NCBI RefSeq assembly: GCF_001194135.2
Contig: NC_068991.1
Location: forward strand, 66,093,621 to 66,157,620
DNA: 64,000 nt
Source: Octopus bimaculoides
Taxonomy: Eukaryota
Direction of reading: 5' to 3'
In this document: in pieces, positions 50,949-64,000 of the stretch
How positions within the stretch are numbered: position 1 is the stretch's first letter
How the letters are laid out: every line of letters starts with the position of its first letter
Translations under genes and position numbers: made by a program
The notes under the pieces: model-generated
What the model was told of the DNA's origin: nothing
The model's input: only the letters and a program-made list of their open reading frames with translations
Database searches by the model: none

Positions 50949-52974
50949 CTGCCACAACTGTCAATTCTCTCTATAATGTAAAAACAAGAGTCAAGTTTGT
51001 AGCTACACCAAGCACACAATTCGGCTCAGTTCACCCTACAGTCCCTGCAGCTATATGTCCAACTATTTGCTGACTCTTTAAAACACTGATAATATTTAGC
51101 AACACATAGGGACATTGAAGCAAGCACAACACCACTTCACTTTCAATGTGCAAATACTGTATTGGCTTCTCAAGTTAACTACCTTTAAACACCTCCCTTC
51201 ACTTTCAAAAACACAAACACATTATTGGAGCATATCTTTGTAGATACACTGCATCCCTCTCACTGAAACAGAAGTACTTCAACAATTCTGACACTCAGGT
51301 ATACAGTTTTCCTCACAATGTGAAGAATAAAAAAGTAAAAATTATAGAAAAGTATCCCCCCAAAGTACCCAAAGTGCAAGAATAATGAACACTAACTACA
51401 AATAGGAGATAACATCACCATCATTGTTTTAACATCCATTTTCCCATGGTTGCATGGGTCAGACAAAATCTGTTGAGGTACATTTTCTACATGGGCTGCC
51501 CTACCTGCCACCAACCCCCACCTATTTCCAAGCAAAGATTGAAAATAAAGTCCATTTGCACAACTGTGATACTGACATGCAGACACATATATAAAATGGG
51601 CTTCCATACAGTTTCTATCTACCAAATCCACTTACAAAGGTTAGGGTTGGCCCAAACTTATAGAAGATGGTTGATCAAGTTGCCATGCAGTGGGACTGAA
51701 CCTGGACCTATTTCTTTTCTTTTCTTTATGACTTAGTCAAAGAGGAAAAGGTAGTGTCTCATGACCTTCGTAAGATCTTAAGAGGCCAGTGGAAGAAACC
51801 ACCATTACTCATGGTTTACTAATAACCACTACTTTCACCTGTATAAGTAGCCTAGTCATTAGCCAGTAGTTGGAGGTGAGGCTTCCAAAGCATTAATTAT
51901 GAAAGCTTGTTCCTTGTCATATCCGGCAGTGACCACTGGAGAGTAACTCACCTGTAACGAATAACAACTTGTGTATTTGCATGCACACCTGTTAGTGAAT
52001 ATACAAATGAGTTTCAGAAGACTGGAAAACAATACTTTTGCCAACAAAACTATACCACTTGTTAATGACAATACAATAATTACTATGGTGTATTTATATA
52101 TTTATTGTCACACAAAGAATCTTAACTAATTTTAAATATCTATATACAACACATAAACACAGAATTTACTTAATCATAGAAATTACATTGTGTGGACATA
52201 GTTCCCTTTACAACCACCTAGTTTCAAGCTCTATCTCACTGGTGTCTTCTACAATAGCCTAGGGCCAACCAATGTTATGTGATTGGAATTTGTAGTTGAG
52301 ACTGTAAGGAAGCTTGTTATGTGTACATGATTGTGCACACGTGTGAGTTTGTTGTCTATGTTGATATTCTACAACCTTGCTTGTCACGGCCTGAATGAAA
52401 TGGTGATTTGATGTTTACATTCCTTGTTGACAGAATGTGCTGTTTCTCAAGATTTTCAAAGACCAATAAAATAAGATTTAAAAAAATCCCTTACTTGAAA
52501 AAGTGGTATGGGCTGGCAACAAGAAGGGCATCTGGTCAAAAAATGCTGTCCGAAATAAGTTTCAATCTAACTTATAACAGAATGACAAAACAGGAATATA
52601 CAAACAAACACGTACACACACACACACAGACCACACACATGATGGCTAAGTGCCTAAGAAGTTTGTTACATGTTCCTTCCCACTGTGCAACACTTTGGGT
52701 AAATATCTTCTATAGTCCCTGACCAAAGCCTTTTGAGTGGATTTGGTAGATGGAAACTGAAATGAAGCTCATTGTATTTTTATATATGTACATGTGTTTG
52801 TGTGCATGCATGTGTAACCACTTCTCCTTGTCTTCACATCACATGCTAATTGTAAACAAATGTTACTGTCATACAAAGTACTTTTCATTTGCAAACTTCC
52901 TTAAAAACATGCCTGACCATTGTGTTGCTTATGTTTGAAGGGTTAGGGGCAAATATTATTTTGCTTAGAAACAG

Positions 52975-53220
52975 GTGACACGTAAAAAGCACCATTCAAG
53001 CGTGGTCGTTGCCAGTGCCACCTGACTGGCTCCCGTGCAGGTAGCACGTAAAAATACCCACCACACTCTCGAAGTGGTTGGCGTTGGGAAGGGCATCCTG
53101 CTGTAGAAACTTTGCCAGATCGGATTGGAGCCTGGTGCAGCCTTCTGGCTTACCAGCCCTCAGTCAAACCGTCCAACCCACGCCAGCATGGAAAGCAGAC
53201 ATTAAAGATGATAATGATGG
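52975..53220 (+). mobile_element. RTE 3'-end copy fused to a SINE body
   Basis: SINE from ~52640 runs to cttagaaacaggtga, then switches to the RTE UTR (cacgtaaaaagcacc...ggaagggcatcc...gatgataatgat). Confidence 0.7.
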
Positions 53221-53461
53221 GCAAATACTAACTGTGAGTTAGAAACAAGGAAGTATTTAGTCCTCCCAAGATTTAACTTAACACCAAATGATACCATCAA
53301 TCTTGCTTTTACTTTATACAGACATCAAATTACTGTTATTCCAGTGTTTTCAATAACCATCAGCAAATCAAAAATATTTCTACATTATTTTACCATCATT
53401 TTCAAAAGAGTTACTTAAGATAAACAAATCTGATGTCATTATTGATGAGACAAATAAAGCG

Positions 53462-53672
53462 TTGAGCTGGCAGAATCGTTAGCATGCCGGGCGAAATGCT
53501 TAGTAGTATTCCGTTTGCTGCTATGTTCTGAGTTCAAATTCTGCTGGGGTTAACTTTACCTTTTATCCTTTCAGGGTCGATTAAATGAGTACCAGTTACG
53601 CACTGGAGTTGATGTAATCGACTTAATCCCCCTCCTCCAAATTTGAGGCCTTGCGTTTTCAGTAGAAAGGAT
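53462..53672 (+). mobile_element. tRNA-derived SINE family 2 (representative copy)
   Basis: gagctggcagaatcgttagc...gagttcaaattc...ggtcgattaaatgagtaccag. Other copies (approx.): 7478-7690+, 14215-14410-, 14475-14645-, 22664-22815-, 36410-36560-, 49165-49340-, 63838-64000+. Confidence 0.75.
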
Positions 53673-54593
53673 TGATGACACAGATACAGTGGTGTGTGTG
53701 TGTGTGTTACACATACACACAAGTGAGAAAGAGAGGGTTGGAGAAAGAGAGATGCAAGTCTTAGTGCTCAGCCTTCATTCAGCGATTGATGACTAATGGA
53801 ATTGATTATACAAGCAGAGAAGAAAGAGTCAGTAAACATCACATGCCTGACGTAGTGATATACTAAGCTAAATATATTAACAGAACCAGACTGTTTAAGG
53901 TCAATTAGGAGAGCAGTGTGAAATGTCAAAGCACAATCATTGAAAGACTGTTATCTTGTCATCCACACTAAAATCATCTTACCCACGGATCCCTGCCAAT
54001 GGAATATCCCTAAATGGAACACATTACATACATACATTGAATACATGTGTCCTTGATATCTTAACTGTTTCTGGATACCACTTGCTTCTACACCATAATG
54101 TATATATATAAGCAGTGAAAATCATATACAACTATCTTGGCACTTCTGCTCACAAGACATCATCTTGTGATAAATGTTAATGGACTGTCTGACAGCAGAA
54201 AATCTAGAATACATTACGCAGACATTCCAATAAATATTTATGCAATTTGATTTTATTTTCAAGTCTTCATTTTAGCATTATGCACAATAAATGCATTGAC
54301 GCACAATCATAGATACATATATACCACAAGCACCGTGTGTGTATGTGTGTGTGTGTGCGTGTGGCTGAGTGGATGTCGAATGTGCTCTATAATTACATGA
54401 TCACATGCATATAGTTTAGAGTTCAATTTCACTGCATGGCACTTTGGGCAAGTGTCTTTTCTTTGAAGCCTCAGACTGACCAATGCCTTGTGAATAGAAC
54501 TGAAAGACAAAAACTATCACACACACACATATATATAAGTGTGTGTCAATGTTTGTATTCTGCAGCTTCATATGAAAATATATATATATATCA

Positions 54594-54945
54594 TCATCAT
54601 CATCGTTTAACGTCCGCTTTCCATGCTAGCATGGGTTGGACGATTTGACTGAGGACTGGTGAAACCGGATGGCAACACCAGGCTCCAGTCTAATTTGGCA
54701 GAGTTTCTACAGCTGGATGCCCTTCCTAACGCCAACCACTCAGAGAGTGTAGTGGNNNNNNNNNNGGCTCCAGTCTAATTTGGCAGAGTTTCTACAGCTG
54801 GATGCCCTTCCTAACGCCAACCACTCAGAGAGTGTAGTGGGTGCTTTTACGTGTCACCCGCACGAAAACGGCCACGCTCGAAATGGTGTCTTTTATGTGC
54901 CACCCGCACAAGCCAGTCCAGGGGCACTGGCAACGATCTCGCTCC
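54594..54945 (-). mobile_element. Young RTE 3'-end copy spanning a 10-N gap
   Basis: (CAT)n then cgtttaacgtccgctttccatgctagc..., reverse complement of the 16809-17262 tail. Confidence 0.85.
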
Positions 54946-55360
54946 TGGACATGAAAATACAAAAACATATATACACACACACACACATGTACACATATAT
55001 ACATACATCCACCCACACAAACACAGATATGTTTTCCAAAATGGAACACCTTTCCATCATGCGATCAGCTTGAAAAATTGTTAAGACGTTAGACTATCTT
55101 GCTACTTTTCTTAACATGAAACCAATGATAGCCTTAATTCACAAATAAAGAAATATCCACCAATGTGGTATTGGCAGCTGATGAAGTAAATGTTCTCTAT
55201 GTAGCCCCTGTTGTTTTCCGTGCTCTGTTTATCATTTTGTCCACGTTTTTTGCAACGTCCTGTATCCAGATATGCATATATATATATACATGTAGATGTA
55301 GGTATGTACATACATGTACGTATATATGCATATACTCACATATTATTTATATATTACACA

Positions 55361-55631
55361 CAGTGGTGGCTAAAAGTTTGGAACATAGGTCTGAAAATTA
55401 GAATTTTTATATTAAATGCTCAATGTTATATTTAATTTGCAATATATTATTATTTAGCCAAAAGTTTGAAACATAGGCCTGATATTTTTTTCTTCTTCTA
55501 GATATTGAACCATTGAATCAGTTAACAGGTAAGTATATCTCTACGTTGTATATATTTGAATTGAATTGTACTTGGGCATAATAATTCTAATTTAAAAAAA
55601 AAAAAATATTCAAATCTTTTGGCCACGATTG
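55361..55631. mobile_element. Tc1-type MITE with an inner direct repeat
   Basis: TIRs cagtggtggctaaaagtttggaaca versus the reverse complement of 55607-55631 match 19/25. An inner copy at 55457-55482 matches 55369-55394 at 23/26. Confidence 0.7.
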
Positions 55632-58600
55632 TGTGTGTATGTATATGTAAATATAAAAAAAAATATATATATATATAATCATACTTTAGTCTGTTACAGC
55701 CCACCTTCCTAATACAATCCAACTGAAGAAACTATATATCTCCCTACAGCAAGACACATGTTCCTGTCTCTCTACCACCTGGCATAAAACCACCTCTACA
55801 CTACTCCATACTCAGCTGAAGGCGCCTTTGTCTTGCAAATTACTCAGTAACTGCACTAATGCTGGTGCCACATAAAAAGCACCTAGTACAGTTTGTAAAG
55901 TAGTTGGTATTAGAAAAAGCATCCAGGCAATGGATTTTGGTGCAGTCCTCTGGCTCACCACCACCTGTTAAAGCATCCAATTCATGCCAAAATAGAAAAT
56001 AGATGCTAACTGATGTTGACAGGATCAGTGACATGAGAGTAATGTCCTGAACACTGCATGCAAAGAAATTCTCAATGAAATATTTTTCTTAATTGGAGAA
56101 AACACCTTAGTGGTGAATTTCAAAGAATCAGCAGAAATTAATAAATAGTATTCTATGTGATATAACATCATGCAGGCCCAGCACATTTCTATACACACCC
56201 TCAAAAACTCCAACTGGTTAACCTTTGACATCATTATCCCATACATCTCCCTCTGCAAATCACAACATAGGTCCAGGTCATTACACTCAACTACCAACTC
56301 ACAAACCTAACATAGAAAATATATTGTTTTGGCAAAGGTTAAAAAAAAAAAACCCTCTCCTACACATACCATTCTAATCAGCAGTGACATCAGCAAACTT
56401 TGGATTCCATTCCTTACTATTCACTCATACAAAAATTACTCGACCACACCTTAGAAATAACGAAACAATAGTTAGTTTAACTTCTTGTCAGGCTGCCAAA
56501 AGTTGTCTACATGGAAAAAAACACTTCCAAAATGGAGTACTGCAGAGATCTATCTTCTTAACCATTCCTTTCAACCTATATTAACATACCCACATGTGTG
56601 GGGATATATGTGTGTTTGTGCCTTCTCATTGTTCACACAGTGTAAATGGTGTCATTGATTAATTCTGCTGTGGTAATGTGTCTGACTATCTGTGTGCAGT
56701 GTAAACAATGTCACCTTCATATAGACAGTGTCTGTTTACATTTGTTGTGAAAACATGCCCAAGTTGCACCCAGGGAAAATTGCACCATTACCTGGAAACA
56801 AGTGATGGTTAGCAACAGAAAGAGTACCTGGCTGTAAGAAACTTACTTCAATAAGTCTTGACTGACCCAAGCTGCCAAAGAAAAGATGCACATTAAAATG
56901 ATGATGATCTATACACACACATACATATACTATACAAATAAGCACTGCTTGTGGCTGTATGGTCAGCAAATTTGCTTCCCAGCCACAAGGTTCCAAGTTC
57001 AGTCCCACTTTGTGGAACTTTGGACAAGTGTGTTCTACCATAGCCCTGGCCTGACCAAAGCTTTGTGAGTAGACTTGGTAGATGGAAACTAAAAGAAGCA
57101 CATCATATATGGTGCATAAACAATGTCATCTTCATATAGACAGTGTCTGTTTTTATTTGTTGTGAAAACATGCCCAAGATGCACTCAGGGAAAATTGCAC
57201 CATTACTTGGAAACAAGCGAAGGTTAGCAACAGAAAGAGTGCCCGACTGTAGATGGAAACTGAAAGAAGCCCATCATATATGATGAGCTTCCAACCCATG
57301 CCAGTATAGAATGTGGATGTTTAACAATATATATATAAAGTTGAACACATACATGAGGTGTGTGTATTGTTAGTTTGTCGGGCAGCTGCAATTTTTAGGT
57401 GTATTATATTCTCAATGCCCTTGGTGTAAAAACACCTGAAAGCAAGTCATAACTAAGTGAGACAACTCACATCAAATCCCTTTTTCTTTTTTTGCAATGA
57501 CAGACATTGATGTTTCATCATCTTTTTGACTTGTCAATGTCACACACACACATATATACACATACATACATACACACATATATATGTATGCATATGTGTA
57601 TGAGAGTGTTTGTGACTCCTTGACTTGACATTGTGTGATTTAAGTATCGATCACCCAGTGTAGATGAGACTTTAGAAAAGGACCTTGGAAAACATCTCAA
57701 GAAACTGAACCATGAAAAAAGGGATATAACAAAGGACTGCAATGAATAGCAACAGGCTGCGCTAGAGAAAATTCACTCAACCAATACAAGCATATAAAAA
57801 TGGAGGACATTGTGTTGAACAATATCTTTCCACCCATGCAAGCAGAGAACACGGACGTTAAATGATGATGATTATGATTTGGACCAGTCACCCATTTTGT
57901 TGAAGCAACATTTTCTTCTTCACCTTCTCTCCTATCACTATGTTATGCCAACTGAGTACCTGGTAAGGTATCGGATTTGCATATATTCAGTTCCCTCTAC
58001 CATCACTTTTTATCACTCCACATCTCTATTAACACAAGTCTGAGACTCAATTTCTCCTACCATCACTCTTTCTTTACAACCACCTTTCTTAGTACCCAGT
58101 CTTACCACTCATCACTGACATCCATTATTCTCTCTCTCTTCCTCTCAAACATTACTTCGCTATCATGCAGCCCATGCATTCTTCTATTCAATCTCCTACC
58201 CAACAATCAACTTGTCTATTGGTCTATTAGTCTCTTCCATTACAACCTTCTCTATCACCTCTTGCCTTGATTTCTCTCTCTCTCTCTTCAGTTCACCCTT
58301 TTGGTCAGGTTATCTTGCATGAAGTGGGACAACATAGGCTGGAAAAGATACCATAGTCTTTTCAGGAGCAAGAACCTCTAGTGCTGGTACCACGATAAAA
58401 TGCATTCACTATAATTTGTAATGTGCAAATGCAAGTGTTATGGTAAAATATATCCACTATTATCTGAGGCTGGCATTAGAAAGTGCACCCAACCACAGAA
58501 ACCATGCAAAATGAAGCATATATGGCTATTTTAGAAGACACTTGTCCAAGGTGTTTGCACCAAGGGACTAAACCGGATATCACATGATTGCAATAAGCTT

Positions 58601-58779
58601 CTTACCCCCACAGCCATGATGATGAGAAATTTTCCTTTCTATGTTTTAAATTTACTTTTGTTTTTTTTAATTTGGTGCTTAGCACCCATACACAAACTTT
58701 AGAAAACCCTGTTAGACATTTCAATTTCCTGAGAATTTCCAGTTATTAGCAATGCAATTCAATGTATTCTCATGATAAC

Positions 58780-59030
58780 TTTTCCTGAATGCAGTCAAAT
58801 AAGCAAGTAAATGTGATAAGTGCACTATTCCATATACATGGGTAACATCGTACAGTTGTTTTTTTTTTTTTCCTCTGTAGAGAACCAGCAGCTGCTGAGA
58901 AGGAAAATATTACTGGACTATGAAATGGAAACACTGAATTAATGCAGTTTTTGTTGCTTACAGAGTCACCCCTGAGAGTACCAGAAATTGATAGATACAG
59001 CATGTGTAAAGACAATGATAATTTGAACTG
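58780..59030 (-). mobile_element. Degenerate LINE RT C-terminal fragment
   Basis: Minus strand QLLVLY...ME*C (cf. QLLxLYKxxxRPxMEYC). Related to the tract near 3010-3050. Confidence 0.45.
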
Positions 59031-59035
59031 TGGGG

Positions 59036-59042
59036 AGAGGGA

Positions 59043-59101
<59 letters not shown>
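59036..59101. repeat. (GA)n microsatellite
   Basis: Visible directly. Other microsatellites: (GA)n 8910-8960 and 34095-34205, (CA)n 31377-31420, (TA)n(TG)n 28249-28308, (TA)n ~45452-45501, (AAT)n 15362-15398. Confidence 0.95.
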
Positions 59102-59105
<4 letters not shown>

Positions 59106-62100
59106 AATGATGTCATTTTGTGTTTTAAGCATGCTTTCATGACAAAGAAATAACAGTAACCATTACTTTAAGATATTTCCCAAGAGCTTTAGAAGCCTAA
59201 GTAAAGAGAATCACTGCAATTTGGAAACAAAAGTGGGTCACTGACTTGGCTTTATATTTTCCTCCATTAGATATCATTTCTATGTGCATGTGTGCATGCA
59301 TGCACACATCTACATGACTTCTATGCTATAAAGTTTACTACATAAGCACATCATTTCAGATCCCATCCTCAGTTTGAGCAAATATCTTCTATTATTGCCT
59401 TGTGAGTAAAACTGGACAGAAACTGTACACATCCAAGTATGTGTGTGTGTGTGTGTGTGTGAGTGAGAGAGAGGAGGGATCATGCATGGGCAAATGCCTG
59501 TCAATGTTTATTTCCACATGTCTTTGCATCGACACCATTTAAGCAAAAATGGCCCATAACCAGTACCTGCTGAAGCTCAGCAGTTTCAAAGTGTTAGCAG
59601 CAGTATCGTGAAAACACGAGTTTTGAGAAACAAGTAAAGATTGGCAACAGGATAAGCAGTATGGCAGTGGAGTACTGTCTCAATAAGCCTCATCCAACTC
59701 ATGCCAGCATGAAAAATGTAAATATAAACGTGATGAGATAAATACAATCTTCTCAAAAGTTTATATATGCCCCAAGATTGAAAAGATTAGAATACACTTT
59801 TCAGCAAACCTATCCAAATAATATTAGCATTGAAACAAAGATGTTATAAGCAATAAAATAAGCTGTTAAAATGACTCAAACGGTCCTATTTCTACTGAGT
59901 AGACTATGTGTTGAATTACTAATATACAGGAAGGGCATTTGGCCTTAGAAAATCTAACTCAACAAATTTCATCTAACCCATATGAACATAGTGGATGTTA
60001 AAATAACAACGATGATAATCAAGACTTTGGAGATCACTTATGAAATTCTAATTAAATTTAATCCTTTAGCATCTAAACTGACCAAATCTGGGTCAAATAT
60101 TCTACCCATTTTATGTTCAAACCAGCCGGATCTGGCCTCTCACATCTACCCTGCAATGTCATTCTAAAAATATGCAATTATATCATTGAAATCTCAAAGC
60201 TCTGAGATAATGCATGATTAATTCAAAACCATGTATATAAATAAGTATCACATTTGACAGTTATCTGAGTGCTAAAGGGTTGAACACTAAAATGTATGTA
60301 GTCTCAAATGATAATTTTTCCAACTTTTAACTTCGTTTTTAAAGTGAGTCACCAATTTTTCTTCAACAGGCTACAGTCATTGGGTAGCAGAAATGCAGGG
60401 ACACAACTTTCTAAGGGTTTTAGTAAATCGTATTGACTCTAGTACTTTATTTCATCATTCCTCTGTCTCATGAGAGAAAAGTGAAGTGCACATTGGCACA
60501 AATGAAGATAACACGGTTGGTCGTGAAATCCTGCAGGGTATTTCTGTTTGAAAGTGCCCTTTCTCATGTTGATATAACACACATACACCATCTCTACACT
60601 GCTTTCATTTAATGAATCTCACTTGCAAAGTATTAACCAATCCAAAGCTATGACAGAAGTGGTCTTAAGTACCAAGCAATGAAATCAAACTCAGCAGTAA
60701 GTGGTTCAAAAGTGAACTTAACCACACAGCCATACATACATCTACATCCATCCATATTTACAATATTTAGATTTATTCTTTGACCCACAAGAGAATGAAC
60801 ACTTACGATGTTAATAACTTGTCTCACATCTTATATACTAAAATGTTTTTCATCATGTTACAGAAGTGCCTGAAAATGTATTTCCACGTTTACAACTGAA
60901 CACCATTCATCATATAATCTTGACATTATGTTAATATTCCCAGGCATAGCTGTGTGATTAAAAAGCTCATTGTCCAACTAAGTGGTTTTGAGTTCAGTCC
61001 CATAATGCAGATCCTTGGGCAAGTGTCTTCTATTATAACCTCAGGTTGACCAATGCCTTGTGAGTGAATTTGGTTCATAAACTGTGGATGCCAGTTGTAT
61101 ATATGCTTTTGTGTTTAACCACCAATTGCTTGACAACCAGAGTTGTTTGTTTAAATCCCTGTAAGTTAATGGTTAGGCAAATGAGATTGATGGAATAAAT
61201 ACAAGACTTAAAAAAAAAATGTAATGAGGTCAATTTGTTCAACTAAACCATTTAAATGGTGCACCAGCATGGCCACAGTCCATTGACTGAAACATGTAAA
61301 AAAATAAAAGCTTCCGGTAGAACGCGAGAAAGATTTTTCACTTCAATAAACTTCTCAGACATCTCTACTACAAAGCCTGAAAAATGCTAAATTTTTGTAA
61401 TCCTAGAATTACCAAGAACTGTAATTTAAAATATGAAATATTTTTGAGTAGGTGGAGCCAGTAATAGAATAATGTTAAGAATTTACTACTTGGAGATAGA
61501 AAAAAATTCTATTATCATTAGCAATGTAGTTAACATTTTTGTTATTCAAACTGCTTCTTTTGAATATGAAAAGAATATATTACTACAAGCAATATTATCC
61601 AGAATCTTTCCGTAAGAAATTTCAAGTGTGGTTGTATAAGTTAAGAAGTTTGCTTCCCAACTACGTGGTTTCAGGTTCAATCCCACAAGTGTCTTCTACT
61701 GTAGCTCCAAGCCTACCAAAGCCTTGTAAGTGAATTTGGTAGATGGAAACTGAAAAAAAACCTGTTGTGTGTGAAACTCTATGATTGGTGTAAACGAATG
61801 TCATTCATCATCATCATCATCATCATCGTTTAACGTCTGCTTTCCATGCTAGCATGGGTTGGACGATTTGACTGAGGACTGGTGAACCAGATGACTACAC
61901 CAGGCTCCAATCTGGTGTAGTCATGTCTGGCCATAGAGAAGAGTTCACAACAGACAGGTTAAGTGAATGAAAGATGACATTATATTATATGAAAAAAAAA
62001 AAAAAAAATTACATTGTACATGGCTATTAAGTTTATTCTTACAAACATTTTTTATAGGTGACAGTGTATCTAGAGCTTAAATCAAAAATCCAAATCCAAA

Positions 62101-63531
62101 ATTAATATCTTGGCCTTAAATAAGCTAATAATTGCTTTGTGACTCCATAGCCTCAATATGATGTTGTAAATAAATCAAAATCACTTAAAGTCACTGACTA
62201 GTTGAATGAACTTGTAAAAGTAAAGCCGATTTTTCAAATATGTACTAACATGGATAAAAAAAATAAACAAATACTGGTGAAAATATGGTCCACCAAGAAA
62301 TTAAATGATGAATCCAAATTTCAATAATTCTCTCCAGAAAGAGTTTCAGACTTCATTACATTACTCAAGCATCTAAACTACCTTATCGTGCATCATATAC
62401 TGTAATGATAACCCCTCTTATAATAATAATTCCACATATGCATCACCACATGCCATGACATTGAATTCATATGCAAAATTAAGAAGAGTGAAACATATAC
62501 ATACTACCACACTTAAGTTCTCAAATTGTATAGACACATCAACACACACACAGAGAAAATCACATAAGAGCACATGAACATTGAACAAGTAATATAAAAT
62601 TGTGAGCTATTTTGAAGCATAAAGTATTAAGTTGTGCTTTGTCCAGTCTGTACACCAAGTAATTAAAAGCAAGATAAAATCTTGTGTTTCTAAAAACAAT
62701 GTTTACAATATCCATCATTCTTGACTGATCTGCAATTTGAGACCAAATGAAATATGTATATTTTAGTAAGAGGTAACCATTATTTTCTGTTTTTATTTTG
62801 TTTTAGATTATTGTAATTTAAGCGAACATTCCTTTGTCTGTGGCCTGTTTTGATGAGTGAACTGTTAAGTAATTTCAAGGAGTGAATCGTTCAGTTAAAA
62901 AAAAAAAAAAAAATTACTAGTGCCATTCTATTTGTTTTTGTCTTTAAAATTAATATTTACAATGCTTGCAGTCTTTATTTTCTGCTTTTTTACTTAAATC
63001 CAATTATTGTAGATATCATTGATTGATTAAATAATTTACATTATCTTGACCAATTATCCCTAAATATCCTGATGCCACACAATCTGTCCACATTCCTCAA
63101 TCTTACTATGTGCAAGTATGTTTGTGTATATATGTGTGTGTGCATGCATGTGTGAGTGTGTAAACACATTTATTTTTGCTTTAACATCCACTTAGCCATA
63201 AATGCAAGGATCAAATGAAATTTGATGAGGAGGATTTTTCTATGACCAGATGCTCTCTTCCTGGCACCAACACTCACCTAGCAAGATAACATTTCTAGAA
63301 TTAAAGCCAGACACTCAGCATGCACCGTTAAGACAAAGTAGTGCATACAGACACACACACACAAACAGGATTCTTTCAGTTTCCATCGAATTTAAATTCA
63401 CTCATAAGGCTTCAGTTGACCTTGAGCTATGGAAGACATGCCGAAAGTGGCACAGAGTGAGACTGAACCATGCCAGCATGGAAGGCGGATGTTAAACGAT
63501 AATGATGATGCAATACTTGCACATATATATA

Positions 63532-63795
63532 TTGGCTCCTGTGCAGGTGGCATGTAAAATACACCATTTCGAGCATAGCCGTTGCCAGTACCGCCTGACT
63601 GGCCTTCATGCCGGTAGCACGTAAAAGCACCCACTACACTCTCAGAGTGGTTGGCGTTAGGAAGGGCATCCAGCTGTAGAAACTCTGCCAAATCAGATTG
63701 GAACCTGGTGTAGCCACCTGGTCCACTAGTCCTCAGTCAAATTGTCCAACCCATGCTAGCATGGAAAGCGGACGTTAAACGATGATGATGATGAT
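63532..63795 (+). mobile_element. Young RTE 3'-end copy
   Basis: Same UTR units and (GAT)n tail as 16809-17262. Confidence 0.85.
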
Positions 63796-64000
63796 GTGCA
63801 TATATGTGTGAGTGTGTAGGAGACAGAAAAAGAGGTGGTGAGCTGGCAGAATTGTAGGTATGCCAAGCAAGACACTTAGTGACATTTTATCCATCTTTAC
63901 ATTCTGATTTCAAATTCTGTCAAGGTTGAATTTGCCTTTCAACCTTTTCTGATCGACAAAATAAGTACCAGTTGAGCATTTGGGTTGATGTAAATACACA

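Noticed and set aside
54682-54839. 74-bp direct duplication flanking a 10-N gap
   Set aside because: Identical sequence on both sides of a gap indicates unmerged contig overlap, not a real tandem repeat.
60810-60840. 31-nt segment with acattttag acceptor and gtaagt donor (possible UTR exon)
   Set aside because: Stops in all frames and no independent support; cannot be distinguished from chance.
1-64000. CRISPR arrays, rRNA, genuine tRNA genes, prokaryote-style operons
   Set aside because: None seen; tRNA-like A/B boxes belong to SINE heads and the sequence is spliced eukaryotic DNA.

Overview
AT-rich, repeat-dense eukaryotic genomic scaffold with nine N-gaps. The repeat landscape (tRNA-type SINEs, (GAT)n-tailed RTE 3' ends, dense microsatellites) points to an octopus; this is inferred, not searched. 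The only host gene I can support is CLASRP/SFRS16 (SWAP-family SR-related splicing regulator) on the minus strand. Four coding exons (32443-32540, 12317-12415, 1737-1819, 101-189) have GT-AG sites and compatible phases and splice to KQDPTQFLRVYGRPYKIHLDPAVALSAESPQSMMPWQGQTDNMIDRFDVRAHLDFIPEYKSAPPLPMTKEEEEEERKCSYERYRTLVENECAGLNEEQCLHQIYFDEQFGPIRRFPDDEKRKL (DRY_EERY region). None is in the supplied ORF track. The start-codon exon was not found (outside the window or in a gap). The rest is intron filled with SINEs, LINE fragments, mariner/Tc1/hAT/piggyBac fossils and MITEs. Best leads: a candidate 88-nt frameshifting (poison) exon at 9466-9553, and several long inverted repeats that could form dsRNA in the pre-mRNA. 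I found no clearly new multi-gene system.
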